Positions 25,986-33,819 of a DNA stretch of 40,038 nucleotides are shown piece by piece. The DNA lies in IMG/VR virus record IMGVR_UViG_3300046002_006899, positions 1-40,038 of that record; one strand, written 5' to 3'. The position numbers were made by a program, and so were the translations under genes. Numbering within the stretch: position 1 is the first letter of the stretch; every line of letters begins with the position of its first letter. The notes under the pieces are model-generated. The model was given only the letters and a program-made list of their open reading frames with translations. It was not told the origin of the DNA and searched no databases. The stretch is from a virus (taxonomy: Duplodnaviria > Caudoviricetes).

Positions 25986-26299
25986 GATGGAAGTATTCGG
26001 TTGTCGATGAGCATACCGTGACGACGTGCGTCGAGAATGATGGAGCACCCGGCCATGACGTGCCCCAGGTGATGAGCGCCGCTCTCCTTGTCGATGTCCA
26101 CGCCATCGAGCACCTTGTCGATGTGACGCTTAGCCGCTGAGAGATACGTCAGCAACTCGACCTTAGCCCGCAGCCAGTTGCGAGGACCATACTTCTTCGC
26201 ACCGAGGGCGAGGGCGAGAGCCTGCTCATCATTGCCAGCGGGAGGGATGAGATGCAGTTGCGGCTTTGCCTCACCGTGCCGTTGTTTGGGGTCGGTCAT
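25904..26299 (-). CDS. dATP/dGTP diphosphohydrolase (DUF5664)
   Basis: KP.L.LIPP, GAKKYG..NW, AA.RH, D.ESG.HHL.H and L.DNR motifs. Confidence 0.85.
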   Translation of the reverse strand: MTDPKQRHGEAKPQLHLIPPAGNDEQALALALGAKKYGPRNWLRAKVELLTYLSAAKRHIDKVLDGVDIDKESGAHHLGHVMAGCSIILDARRHGMLIDNRILPSCKPPTNKRRRSTPTTKTFKRTCSRTS

Positions 26300-26490
26300 T
26301 GGAAGCGTGCGAGGGTAGCCACTGGAGCGGGCGGGGGATTCGGAGAGAGTCGAGCAGCGAAGCAGGCCGGACAGAACGGGCCAACCAAGGAAGCGCCAGC
26401 GACGAACACGCCGCCTTGCCCGTTTGGAATGTCGCGAGCCTCGTATGTGGCAAGGGTGCGACCGCAGTCGATGCAGGAGAGAACGCTCAT
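26296..26490 (-). CDS. Small zinc-ribbon protein
   Basis: CIDC and CPAC; ATGA coupling at both ends. Confidence 0.6.
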   Translation of the reverse strand: MSVLSCIDCGRTLATYEARDIPNGQGGVFVAGASLVGPFCPACFAARLSPNPPPAPVATLARFQ

Positions 26491-26684
26491 CCTCTCGCCC
26501 TCCTTGGACACCTGCGCGCCATGCGACGACGAAAGTCAGGAAAGACGTACACGCGTTGCCTTCGCGCCTCCCTGTAAAGCTCCGACAGTTCAGCCCTTCG
26601 CCATGAGCGGAAGATGCACGAAGGCAGACGAAAGAGATTCATCAGTTCAGGAAGCCACCATTTCACGTTTCGATATTCGCTCAT
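26487..26684 (-). CDS. Hypothetical basic protein
   Basis: Translationally coupled to terL. Confidence 0.55.
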   Translation of the reverse strand: MSEYRNVKWWLPELMNLFRLPSCIFRSWRRAELSELYREARRQRVYVFPDFRRRMARRCPRRARG

Positions 26685-28003
26685 CCTCTCATCCCGGTAA
26701 TCGCCACGATGGGGACGCGTCTAACGTCTCCCTGCGGTGCAGAATAGTTCTTTGGGATCAAGCCGAGAACATCAGCCTCGGCCATCGTCCGCACGCCGTC
26801 AGAAACATGTGAGGCCCAAGTGTGCAGCGGGAGGTTGACCGTCACGCCCTTGCTTGAATCAGGGGCCGACTCGTAAGCCTTAAGCCCCTTGATACCGATG
26901 TCACACCCAGGCGAGCGGAACTCGAAGGATGGCATAAGCTGAGCAACGTAGTCGATGCCTTGCCACACGTCGGGAATGACAGGCACGACCACGAGGTTCT
27001 TGAATCCTGCGTCTGTCATATCCTGCTCGAAGGTGCGGCCTGAGCGCGCAGTCTGTCGAGCATCATGGGGAAGGTAGTGGTTGCCGTACATGTAGCCCTT
27101 CGCGTCCATGTGAGCCTTGCGGGCCGGTAGACTGTCGAGGTTGAGGCCGTAGTCGCAATCGATCCAACGGAAGCGCCCGAAGGGGAGCCGTTGACCATAC
27201 CAGACGACAGTATTGCGAGGCCCGCCGAGATCCCAAAAGGTATGCACCGGAGAGCGCCCGTCGATAGGGAAGGCTCCGATTCGTTGCTCCGCGAGTGCTG
27301 CGTTCATTTGACGGCCGTAAATCGCGGCCTCGTTCGGTGCCGAGAAGTCACAGTAAAACTCCTGCCGAATCAGAGCCTCGCTCATGCCCGACCGCCGCTC
27401 TTCTTGGATGTCGGCAGCAGAGACGGCCTTCGTGTCATCGACGCCGAGCACCTGAGTGAACCAAGCCGGGTTGTCCGAGTTGATCCGCAGCATCTCGAAG
27501 AAGTGATTTTCTCCGCGAGGCGTGCCGTTGAACCATGCGAAGCCGCCGTTTTCCGCGAGGATGGGGCGAGTGTAGTCCCAAGCCAGCGGGTTCTGTGACT
27601 GGTACTCGGAGAACACCACGCCGAAGAAGTTCCCCCCGACCACGTCGAGGTTGTCAGTGCCGAGGATCTGAATCGTGGAATCGTTCTTGAGCTCGATTCT
27701 CATATCCGTCTCGTTGACCTTCTTCTTGAGTAGGTCGGTCGGGATGTGGTCAATCACTCGGAGCCCGTTGCGAACATCGACGTTCGTCCATAGAGCCTTA
27801 CGGCCAAGCTTAGCGGTCGGGAAATAGTAAGCCATGTTGCAAGGGGTCTCAGCAGCCTTACAAATCATCTTGTTGAACATGAGCTTGTCTTTCCCGGCGC
27901 GACGATGCCACACAGCCATTACCCGCTTCTTGTTGTCCATCTCTCGCCAGAGTGGAAGCTGGTAATCCCTTGGGTCGTACCGGTGAGGGAGAGAGATGGT
28001 CAT
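26681..28003 (-). CDS. terL: Terminase large subunit
   Basis: PRDYQ, WHRRAGKD (Walker A), VVFSE (Walker B), GTPRGENHF, QEFYCDF, WDLG and SH.SD nuclease motifs. Confidence 0.95.
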   Translation of the reverse strand: MTISLPHRYDPRDYQLPLWREMDNKKRVMAVWHRRAGKDKLMFNKMICKAAETPCNMAYYFPTAKLGRKALWTNVDVRNGLRVIDHIPTDLLKKKVNETDMRIELKNDSTIQILGTDNLDVVGGNFFGVVFSEYQSQNPLAWDYTRPILAENGGFAWFNGTPRGENHFFEMLRINSDNPAWFTQVLGVDDTKAVSAADIQEERRSGMSEALIRQEFYCDFSAPNEAAIYGRQMNAALAEQRIGAFPIDGRSPVHTFWDLGGPRNTVVWYGQRLPFGRFRWIDCDYGLNLDSLPARKAHMDAKGYMYGNHYLPHDARQTARSGRTFEQDMTDAGFKNLVVVPVIPDVWQGIDYVAQLMPSFEFRSPGCDIGIKGLKAYESAPDSSKGVTVNLPLHTWASHVSDGVRTMAEADVLGLIPKNYSAPQGDVRRVPIVAITGMRG

Positions 28004-28497
28004 ACTCGGTGACAGGTGAATTGCCCATGAGCCGCTTCGCGTGCTTCCCTGACGGCTACCTCAGCGGCATCAGGCGTAGAGAAGTATCCAACGTGCTTAC
28101 CATTGACGTAGCCCATCCATTTGCCCTTCCATTTGTTCCAGCACACGCCTTTGATTCCGCTCTTGTTGTCATGGTCGGCCCTGCGGTTGTGCATGTTCTC
28201 GGCGTGGCTGGCCTCCCGTAGGTTCTCGATTCGGTTGTCTGAGCGATTACCGTTCGCATGGTCAATGTCGCCAGCGGGCTCTCTGCCGTGATGTAGAAGC
28301 CAAGCAAGGCGATGAGCCTTCAAGAGCCTGCCCTTGATACCGATGAGGATATAGCCTTGAGCTTCACAACCTGCCACGCTTCCAGCCTTGGCCTTGCCTG
28401 TGCTCTTAACCCAACGTAATAGGCCCGTGTCAGGGTCGTAACTCAGCACCGAGGCAATGGTATCGAGTGGGGGGAGTGGCTTGGTATTCTTCTGCAC
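28000..28497 (-). CDS. HNH homing endonuclease with AP2-like C terminus
   Basis: YDPDTG, AHRLAW, IDHANGNRSDNRIENLR, SGIKGV.W motifs. Probable GTG start at 28497; ORF track gives 28527. Confidence 0.9.
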   Translation of the reverse strand: MQKNTKPLPPLDTIASVLSYDPDTGLLRWVKSTGKAKAGSVAGCEAQGYILIGIKGRLLKAHRLAWLLHHGREPAGDIDHANGNRSDNRIENLREASHAENMHNRRADHDNKSGIKGVCWNKWKGKWMGYVNGKHVGYFSTPDAAEVAVREAREAAHGQFTCHRV

Positions 28498-28507
28498 CCA
28501 CAAGCTA

Positions 28508-28532
28508 GGGGAATCAACTTGGAGCAAGTCAA
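28508..28532 (-). promoter_or_regulatory. Late promoter motif (HNH-terL)
   Basis: TTGAC-N12-GATTCCCC-TAGCTT, 10 nt before GTG. Confidence 0.75.
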
Positions 28533-28556
28533 CAAGCTATTTACGCTATTACTTCC

Positions 28557-28652
28557 CTAGACCTCGAGACCGTCAGGAGGTGGGGGACGCAGGAAGTCAA
28601 AGGCCAGGATGAGCAGGCCCATGATGCAGAGAACGAGGAAAGGCTTACTCAT
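28557..28652 (-). CDS. 31-aa single-TM peptide
   Basis: MSKPFLVLCIMGLLILAFDFLRPPPPDGLEV*; ATGA-coupled to the upstream ORF. Confidence 0.6.
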   Translation of the reverse strand: MSKPFLVLCIMGLLILAFDFLRPPPPDGLEV

Positions 28653-28792
28653 CGTGTGGCTTGCTGGTTTGCAATGCGTGCATTGAGTTGCGCCTCCGCC
28701 TTCGCTTCACGAGCCGCATCGAGCCCGAGGAGGTACAGGCCGGTGCGACAGGAGCAGAGAGAGAGGCAGAGGATGAAGAGTAGGGGTCTCAT
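28649..28792 (-). CDS. 47-aa predicted lipoprotein
   Basis: MRPLLFILCLSLCSC lipobox-type signal; ATGA-coupled to terS. Confidence 0.65.
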   Translation of the reverse strand: MRPLLFILCLSLCSCRTGLYLLGLDAAREAKAEAQLNARIANQQATR

Positions 28793-29247
28793 AGCTTGCG
28801 GATGATGATCTCGATTGCCTTGTTCGCCCCTGCCTCAGCGCCATCAACTGCGAGGTCGTTGTCGAGCTTGATGGCTGCAAGCTTGTCGGGCATGGCGTAA
28901 ATCCTCGCGCCCTCCTTGGAGTAGCTGAGCCCTTGCACGAGGTGCGCGTCCTTCCCGTGAACGTCGAGGTTTGCACCCTGAGCGCGCACGACAGAGGCGC
29001 AGAAGTCGCGCTTCTCTTTGATCGTCAGGAACGTCTCGGCCTCGGCTTTCTCTGCGACCATGGCGCGAAGCTCATCGAGTCGGGCTTTGACGGCTGGCTT
29101 CTGCTGAAGCTGAGCAGACCCAGCCTCTGCGCTCGTTTGCTTTGTTCCCTTCTTGGCAACGATACGCATGTAAGCCCGAGAGCCCGCCTCGCCTTTGACG
29201 ACGGCGTGACAGTAAGCTTCGTGTTTGGCGTTCTTGACGGCTGGCAT
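28789..29247 (-). CDS. terS: Terminase small subunit
   Basis: KNAKHEAYC...AY...V.ARLDEL and DKLAAIKL motifs; upstream of terL; start ATG 29247. Confidence 0.8.
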   Translation of the reverse strand: MPAVKNAKHEAYCHAVVKGEAGSRAYMRIVAKKGTKQTSAEAGSAQLQQKPAVKARLDELRAMVAEKAEAETFLTIKEKRDFCASVVRAQGANLDVHGKDAHLVQGLSYSKEGARIYAMPDKLAAIKLDNDLAVDGAEAGANKAIEIIIRKL

Positions 29248-29257
29248 CCCCAAGGTA

Positions 29258-29282
29258 GGGGAATCAACTCGGAGGCTGTCAA
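29258..29282 (-). promoter_or_regulatory. Late promoter motif (terS)
   Basis: TTGAC-N12-GATTCCCC-TACCTT, 10 nt before ATG. Confidence 0.8.
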
Positions 29283-29656
29283 GCCCCAAGCCAAAGGGGA
29301 GGGCGTGCGATAAGCTCAGCCAGATCGACGGCTTCCATTGCCACGCCCTCAGCGTAACGAGCTTCTGCCCGCTCAAGCTCGCCAGCATCTACCGTAGCGC
29401 GAAAGTGAGCGCGCAGGCTCTCCTTGATCCGCTCAGGTGCCCCGCTGAGTAGATCGATGCTGGCCTTCTGCCCCGCAATCACGCCATGCAAGCGAGCAAT
29501 CTCGACGGCCTCGGTGCGGTCGCGGTAGATGTGCAGCCGACGCTTAAGCTCATCGACGCGCCCGAGGTTGTAGGTGAGCAGGCGACGCAAGCGGTCGTTC
29601 TCGTGGAGGGTCTCGCCCAGGCGGGAGAGTAGGGGGAACTCGTCAGGCTGGCTCAT
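29279..29656 (-). CDS. Hypothetical coiled-coil protein
   Basis: ATG at 29656 overlaps the upstream stop. Confidence 0.65.
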   Translation of the reverse strand: MSQPDEFPLLSRLGETLHENDRLRRLLTYNLGRVDELKRRLHIYRDRTEAVEIARLHGVIAGQKASIDLLSGAPERIKESLRAHFRATVDAGELERAEARYAEGVAMEAVDLAELIARPPLWLGA

Positions 29657-29925
29657 TGCTGGCCTCCTTCCCGACGCAGGCGGCACGGCAAGCAAATACA
29701 ATCGTCAAGATGCCCCGCAGTCGGCAGCATTCTCACCATTGCCATAGCATCAACCAACCGCTCAACCAGCTTAGGCCAGCTTAAGCCAAGGGCATTCTTT
29801 AACGTTTCCAGCCTCTTGAGCGCGTCGGGAGTGAATCGTAGTGTCCTTGCCTGCATCGCTGGCTTGTCGCTCGCCTTGCGGCCAGCGTTTGAGCGTGCGC
29901 CCCCGTGGGTGAGTTTGTGCTTCAC
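29653..29925 (-). CDS. DNA-binding protein (HGGxRxNAGRK plus RHH-like, C-terminal Cys cluster)
   Basis: HGGARSNAGRK followed by a strand-helix-helix pattern; CICLPC. Confidence 0.65.
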   Translation of the reverse strand: MKHKLTHGGARSNAGRKASDKPAMQARTLRFTPDALKRLETLKNALGLSWPKLVERLVDAMAMVRMLPTAGHLDDCICLPCRLRREGGQQ

Positions 29926-30332
29926 TCGATTTCCTCCTTCAAGACTTCAAACATGGCGTCGCACTTGGCTTTGCCGACCCGCTCGACGAATGCAGGCATA
30001 TCGAAGCGCGCATTGATCCGCCGCATCTGGTCGCGTGACTCGGTGCCCTCGACGAGCTTGCGGAACTCGATCAACTCCTTCGCGGAGTAGGCGACAGGGG
30101 CCGCGCTCACTGCCGAGTCGATGGATGAAGCGGCATCCTCAAGATTCGAGATAGCAGACTCCATAGCCTGACCGTTCTCGGCTTGCTGGAGACCCTCGGG
30201 CAAGTTGTCGAACTTCTCTTGCTCCTCATCGCGGAGAGCTTCGATCTTGTCTTTGATCTCGCCGAGTTGCCCCGAGAGGTCGCTGATCTTTTCCCGAATC
30301 TCTGAGATGGCTTTGCGTTGTGCTGCGTTCAT
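29922..30332 (-). CDS. Coiled-coil hypothetical phage protein
   Basis: MNAAQRKAI...DEEQEKFDNLPEGLQ; start ATG 30332 after an AC-rich leader. Confidence 0.75.
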   Translation of the reverse strand: MNAAQRKAISEIREKISDLSGQLGEIKDKIEALRDEEQEKFDNLPEGLQQAENGQAMESAISNLEDAASSIDSAVSAAPVAYSAKELIEFRKLVEGTESRDQMRRINARFDMPAFVERVGKAKCDAMFEVLKEEIE

Positions 30333-30380
30333 GGGTGCTGTCGTGTTGTTTGGTTTCGTTGCTCCGTTGTCGGAAAGGGG

Positions 30381-30399
30381 AAGGGTTATAGTAACCCTT
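30381..30399. promoter_or_regulatory. Palindromic operator AAGGGTTA-TAG-TAACCCTT
   Basis: Intergenic; its 13-bp core occurs exactly four times. Confidence 0.85.
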
Positions 30400-30405
30400 G
30401 AGAAA

Positions 30406-30600
30406 TTAAGCGAAGCGAAGGACTCCATACTTCGAGCCCGAGGGACGCGTCACGACTTCGAGCGCGAAGACATCCTCGAACGCCTCGGGGAAGGCCGCAT
30501 CGTTGAGCACGCAGGCACGAAGGGAAGACTCAGCACCAGCAAGCAAGCGAGTGTCGAAGGTGGTATTGTTGACGAGCCAGACGCTTTCGTTCGTGTTCAT
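30406..30600 (-). CDS. Hypothetical protein
   Basis: 64-aa ORF tiling the operon. Confidence 0.6.
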   Translation of the reverse strand: MNTNESVWLVNNTTFDTRLLAGAESSLRACVLNDAAFPEAFEDVFALEVVTRPSGSKYGVLRFA

Positions 30601-30615
30601 GGGAGAGGGGAGTGG

Positions 30616-30798
30616 TTAAGCGATGCGAACCTTGATCTTGAGGGGGCCGTCATACTTCGTCCAGCCGCGCCCGACCATTACCCGCCTCGCCTGCTTCCGT
30701 GCATCGTTGGAGTCGATGGCGCGAATGCCTTCGATCTCGTTGCGGTCGTCGCCGTTGACGATTGCGTTGTAATTCTTGCGTGCGGTCGGGGTGCTCAT
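30616..30798 (-). CDS. Hypothetical basic protein
   Basis: 60-aa ORF directly after a promoter/operator. Confidence 0.65.
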   Translation of the reverse strand: MSTPTARKNYNAIVNGDDRNEIEGIRAIDSNDARKQARRVMVGRGWTKYDGPLKIKVRIA

Positions 30799-30804
30799 GC
30801 GCCG

Positions 30805-30833
30805 AGGTTATAGTAACCTTTGATTCTATGCAA
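30805..30833 (-). promoter_or_regulatory. Sigma70-like leaderless promoter overlapped by the operator
   Basis: TTGCAT-17-TAACCT-6-ATG; operator AGGTTATAGTAACCT (30805-30819) covers the -10 element. Confidence 0.7.
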
Positions 30834-30894
30834 CTACCTTTCGCTTTTTCTTTTGCTCTTCTGTTCTGGCATCAGAACTCTGGTAAACCGCCTC

Positions 30895-31040
30895 GGGGTG
30901 TGTGTTGTCAAAAGACACACACCTATATATTTATATATAGTGCGCGCGCGTTGGCACGCTCTGGAACGCATAGTGACCTCGTGCCTGGCACGCTCTGGAA
31001 CGCGTTCCAGACGCTCAGAACGCGTTCCAGCGTTCCAGCC
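30895..31040. other. Putative replication origin
   Basis: TGGCACGCTCTGGAACGC x2, convergent CTGGAACG/CGTTCCAG iterons, AT-rich palindrome CTATATATTTATATATAG; directly downstream of the primase-helicase gene. Confidence 0.7.
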
Positions 31041-31113
31041 GACCCAAGAAACGGAGTAGATACTCGGATTTTGATAGACCATATTCGTATAATGATTATC
31101 GGTTGCTATGCAT

Positions 31114-31143
31114 AAAAAGGCCCCTCGAATTGCTCCGAGGGGC
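31114..31143 (-). terminator. Intrinsic terminator after primase-helicase
   Basis: GCCCCTCG/CGAGGGGC stem followed by CTTTTT. Confidence 0.85.
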
Positions 31144-31158
31144 GCACGATCGACACTA

Positions 31159-33132
31159 TCAAAACGGCAGGCCAGCACCGCGCCAGAGCTTCGTTCCTGA
31201 GTCGTAGTCGAGGAATCCATACTCAGGCTTGCGAAGGGAGTTCCAGACCCTCAGAGCCTCGTCGCTGGTGACTCCGATAGCCTCAGCCAGCCACACGACC
31301 GCATCGTCTCTCAACATTTCCGGCATCATGCGGACGATAGGCCCGTGCTGGTCGGGAGCCGTGCCCTCCTTTGGCTTGAGGATAAACTTCGGCTTGCCGA
31401 CCGCCTCGAAATGGTAGCCCTTCCAAAACAGCCGCTTCATCTCCTGCGGAGGGTGCGCTCGCAGGTTCATATCAAGCTCAAGGTCGTGCTCAGCATCGAC
31501 GAAGTCCTTGCCGTTCTTGACCGGCTCAGGAGGCGTCAGGGTAAGCACTGCGTCAGGGTCACGAGCCCACACGCCGGAGCCGCTCATGCGGTCGATGCTG
31601 GACTTCTCGCGACTGTTACCCTTGGCGTAGTGATGCGCCAGGGCGAACGCTACGCCGGTCTGACTACACACGGCCTCCATCTCGTTTTGAAACTTATTGA
31701 TGTCGCCCGCAGCGTTCTCGTCACGGTCGCCCATGGCCTTATAAGCGGGGTCCATCACCACCAGCGAATACCCGCCGCCCTTGATTGCTTCAATGAGCGG
31801 CGCCGTTAACTGAGCGATGTCGTGAATCTTCCCCCGCAGGTTCCAGAATTGCAGCCAGTCGCCCCGCTCCCCGAGTTGCATCATGCCGCGGCTCTCCGCG
31901 ATCTTCGCGACGCGATCCCATAGCATCCACTCGGTGAGCTCGAAGTTGATAAATAGCGCCTTGCCCTCCTTGCACTCGAAACCCATCCACGGCCGGCCGA
32001 GTGCCACGCTCATGCAGAGATCGAGCAGGCACCACGACTTGCGCGCCTTCGACGGGCCAGCGAGCAGCAGCTTGAGCCCCATATTGAGCACGCCCTTAAT
32101 CACCTCGGGAGTCGGCTGCGGGTTAAGCCTTGAGAGTTGAGTCAGCGAGACGATGGGAGGGAGGCCGACCCGCTTCGTCTCCCACTCTCCCCAGGACTTC
32201 GCGCCGATGTTCACCGCGAGAAGCTTTTGAACCCGAGGCTCTTCACCCACGAGACGCACGGCACCCGCGCACCGGCTCACCCGAGCGAGATCCTTGTTCT
32301 TCTCGTCGCACCCCATCTCCTTGAAAATCACGTCGCGACGGTGCTCCCATTCCTCCCGCGTCTTTGCATCGACGCGCACCCAGGCATGAATTGATTTCTT
32401 CGCGGAGTCGATGAGCAGCGTCACGGGTAGATTGCTCGCCTCGACCTTTGCCCGCTGATCCGCACGCTCGCTCCCATCCTCCGGCCCGTCCCACTCGCAG
32501 AGCACATGCCGGAACGCTGCGACATTGTCGTTCGAGCGCGACTCGCTCCCCTCGCGCAGAGGATTGATTGCCATGTAAGCGCCGCCCGGTTGCCCACCGA
32601 AGCGCACACCGATGCCGCCCGCCTTCTCATGCCACCGCTCCCAATCGGTGCGGCTCATAATGTCAGCTTTCCCCGGCTTCCAATCGCCGCTGTCGTTCTC
32701 GTAGCAGTTCACGACCGCGACCCACTCGTGAGGCTGAAATGCCGCTTTAATCGCCCGTAGGAAGTCCGGCTCTGTTTCCGCTATCTTTGCCGCCCGCTTC
32801 ACTTGCGACGCCTCAGCACGAGCAGACAGGGGCTCAGTGACGCGGCTGGACTTATAGGCGGAGCGAATGGCTTGGAGAACCTCAGCCTCGACCTTTGGCC
32901 CTCCTTGCGAGACCGCGACCGAAACGATGCGCGACTCCGCCTCACTGATAGGCAGCTGGCAGGCATGAAACTGCTGAGCGACCTTGAAAACCATCTCGTT
33001 GCGTTCGCCCTCGGGAGCCCCCTCGCTGAGGTATTGATGAACGAAGGGAGGCAAAGGGAAGCCGGATACCTCGACAGGGAGACCAGGGCGCGAGGATACC
33101 GACCCGCATACGAACTTGATGCCGCTGCTCAC
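31159..33132 (-). CDS. Primase-helicase (PriCT-like, RepB'-like primase, RepA/AAA_25 helicase)
   Basis: EGERN, INP..FRH.L.E.D..SA.KSIHAW..SR primase motifs; GPSKARKS, LVVMDP, HH and GS...DPD helicase motifs. Confidence 0.85.
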   Translation of the reverse strand: MSSGIKFVCGSVSSRPGLPVEVSGFPLPPFVHQYLSEGAPEGERNEMVFKVAQQFHACQLPISEAESRIVSVAVSQGGPKVEAEVLQAIRSAYKSSRVTEPLSARAEASQVKRAAKIAETEPDFLRAIKAAFQPHEWVAVVNCYENDSGDWKPGKADIMSRTDWERWHEKAGGIGVRFGGQPGGAYMAINPLREGSESRSNDNVAAFRHVLCEWDGPEDGSERADQRAKVEASNLPVTLLIDSAKKSIHAWVRVDAKTREEWEHRRDVIFKEMGCDEKNKDLARVSRCAGAVRLVGEEPRVQKLLAVNIGAKSWGEWETKRVGLPPIVSLTQLSRLNPQPTPEVIKGVLNMGLKLLLAGPSKARKSWCLLDLCMSVALGRPWMGFECKEGKALFINFELTEWMLWDRVAKIAESRGMMQLGERGDWLQFWNLRGKIHDIAQLTAPLIEAIKGGGYSLVVMDPAYKAMGDRDENAAGDINKFQNEMEAVCSQTGVAFALAHHYAKGNSREKSSIDRMSGSGVWARDPDAVLTLTPPEPVKNGKDFVDAEHDLELDMNLRAHPPQEMKRLFWKGYHFEAVGKPKFILKPKEGTAPDQHGPIVRMMPEMLRDDAVVWLAEAIGVTSDEALRVWNSLRKPEYGFLDYDSGTKLWRGAGLPF

Positions 33133-33362
33133 TGTGCTGCTCCTTCACGTCCGGCTTTTGTCCATGCCTGATACTCGTGCTCGACTTCATAGGTGCAATA
33201 GCGCCCATCTAAGTAAGCCGTGAGGTTGCGAGATGGGTGCGCAGCCGCGAAGTCCATCCGCAGGAAGCCGAAGCCGACTCTCTTCGCGAGCGTGATCGTC
33301 CGCCCGTTGCGATAGAACCGCAGGCCGTGTTTCTTGCACCACTCCACCATATCGACTCCCAT
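33129..33362 (-). CDS. Hypothetical protein
   Basis: Coupled to the primase gene; start uncertain (ATG 33362 or 33350). Confidence 0.5.
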   Translation of the reverse strand: MGVDMVEWCKKHGLRFYRNGRTITLAKRVGFGFLRMDFAAAHPSRNLTAYLDGRYCTYEVEHEYQAWTKAGREGAAQ

Positions 33363-33402
33363 CGCATAGACGCGAGGGAATGAGCACGTCCCACCGATGG
33401 GA

Positions 33403-33819
33403 CTAGAAAGGACAATCAGAAGGGCAGACTCCAGAGCCGCCGTTGTTGTTATTACAGACATAAGATTTTCTTTCGCTCCATGCACCTTTGGAACAGTTTT
33501 GTGATGCGGTTAAAATTTGGATATTGTCGAGCGAGTAGCCCTTCGTTGAGTCCTTGCGGTCGCAGTGAACCGAGTCAGGAGACCGACCAACGCGGGCGAG
33601 GTAATCGTTCTCGATGGCCCACGTTGAGAACTCGTCGAAGGTGATAGTAACCTCGATGCCGCGCTTCTCTGCCGACCTGAGCAGCCAGTTGAACTGCGCA
33701 CGCATTGGATTCCTCGCCCGCCACGTCCGCATGGCGCACTTCGAGCAGACGGGAGACCTCGCGCCCCGAGTTCCCTGACAGTAACGAGTCTTGCAAAGGT
33801 GGGAGGCTTCACGCGGCAC
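33403..33819 (-). CDS. His-Me finger/HNH-like endonuclease
   Basis: Zn motif, A.KRGI...IT.DEF and DRKDSTKGYSLDNIQ....N.SKG. Confidence 0.75.
   Translation of the reverse strand: MPREASHLCKTRYCQGTRGARSPVCSKCAMRTWRARNPMRAQFNWLLRSAEKRGIEVTITFDEFSTWAIENDYLARVGRSPDSVHCDRKDSTKGYSLDNIQILTASQNCSKGAWSERKSYVCNNNNGGSGVCPSDCPF

Noticed and set aside
25904-26299. Z-genome (2-aminoadenine) pathway
   Set aside because: No PurZ or dedicated polymerase, and the apparent restriction-site avoidance suggests unmodified DNA.
30952-31040. Mini CRISPR array
   Set aside because: Repeats are 18 bp or shorter, occur in both orientations and have irregular short spacers; they fit iterons better.
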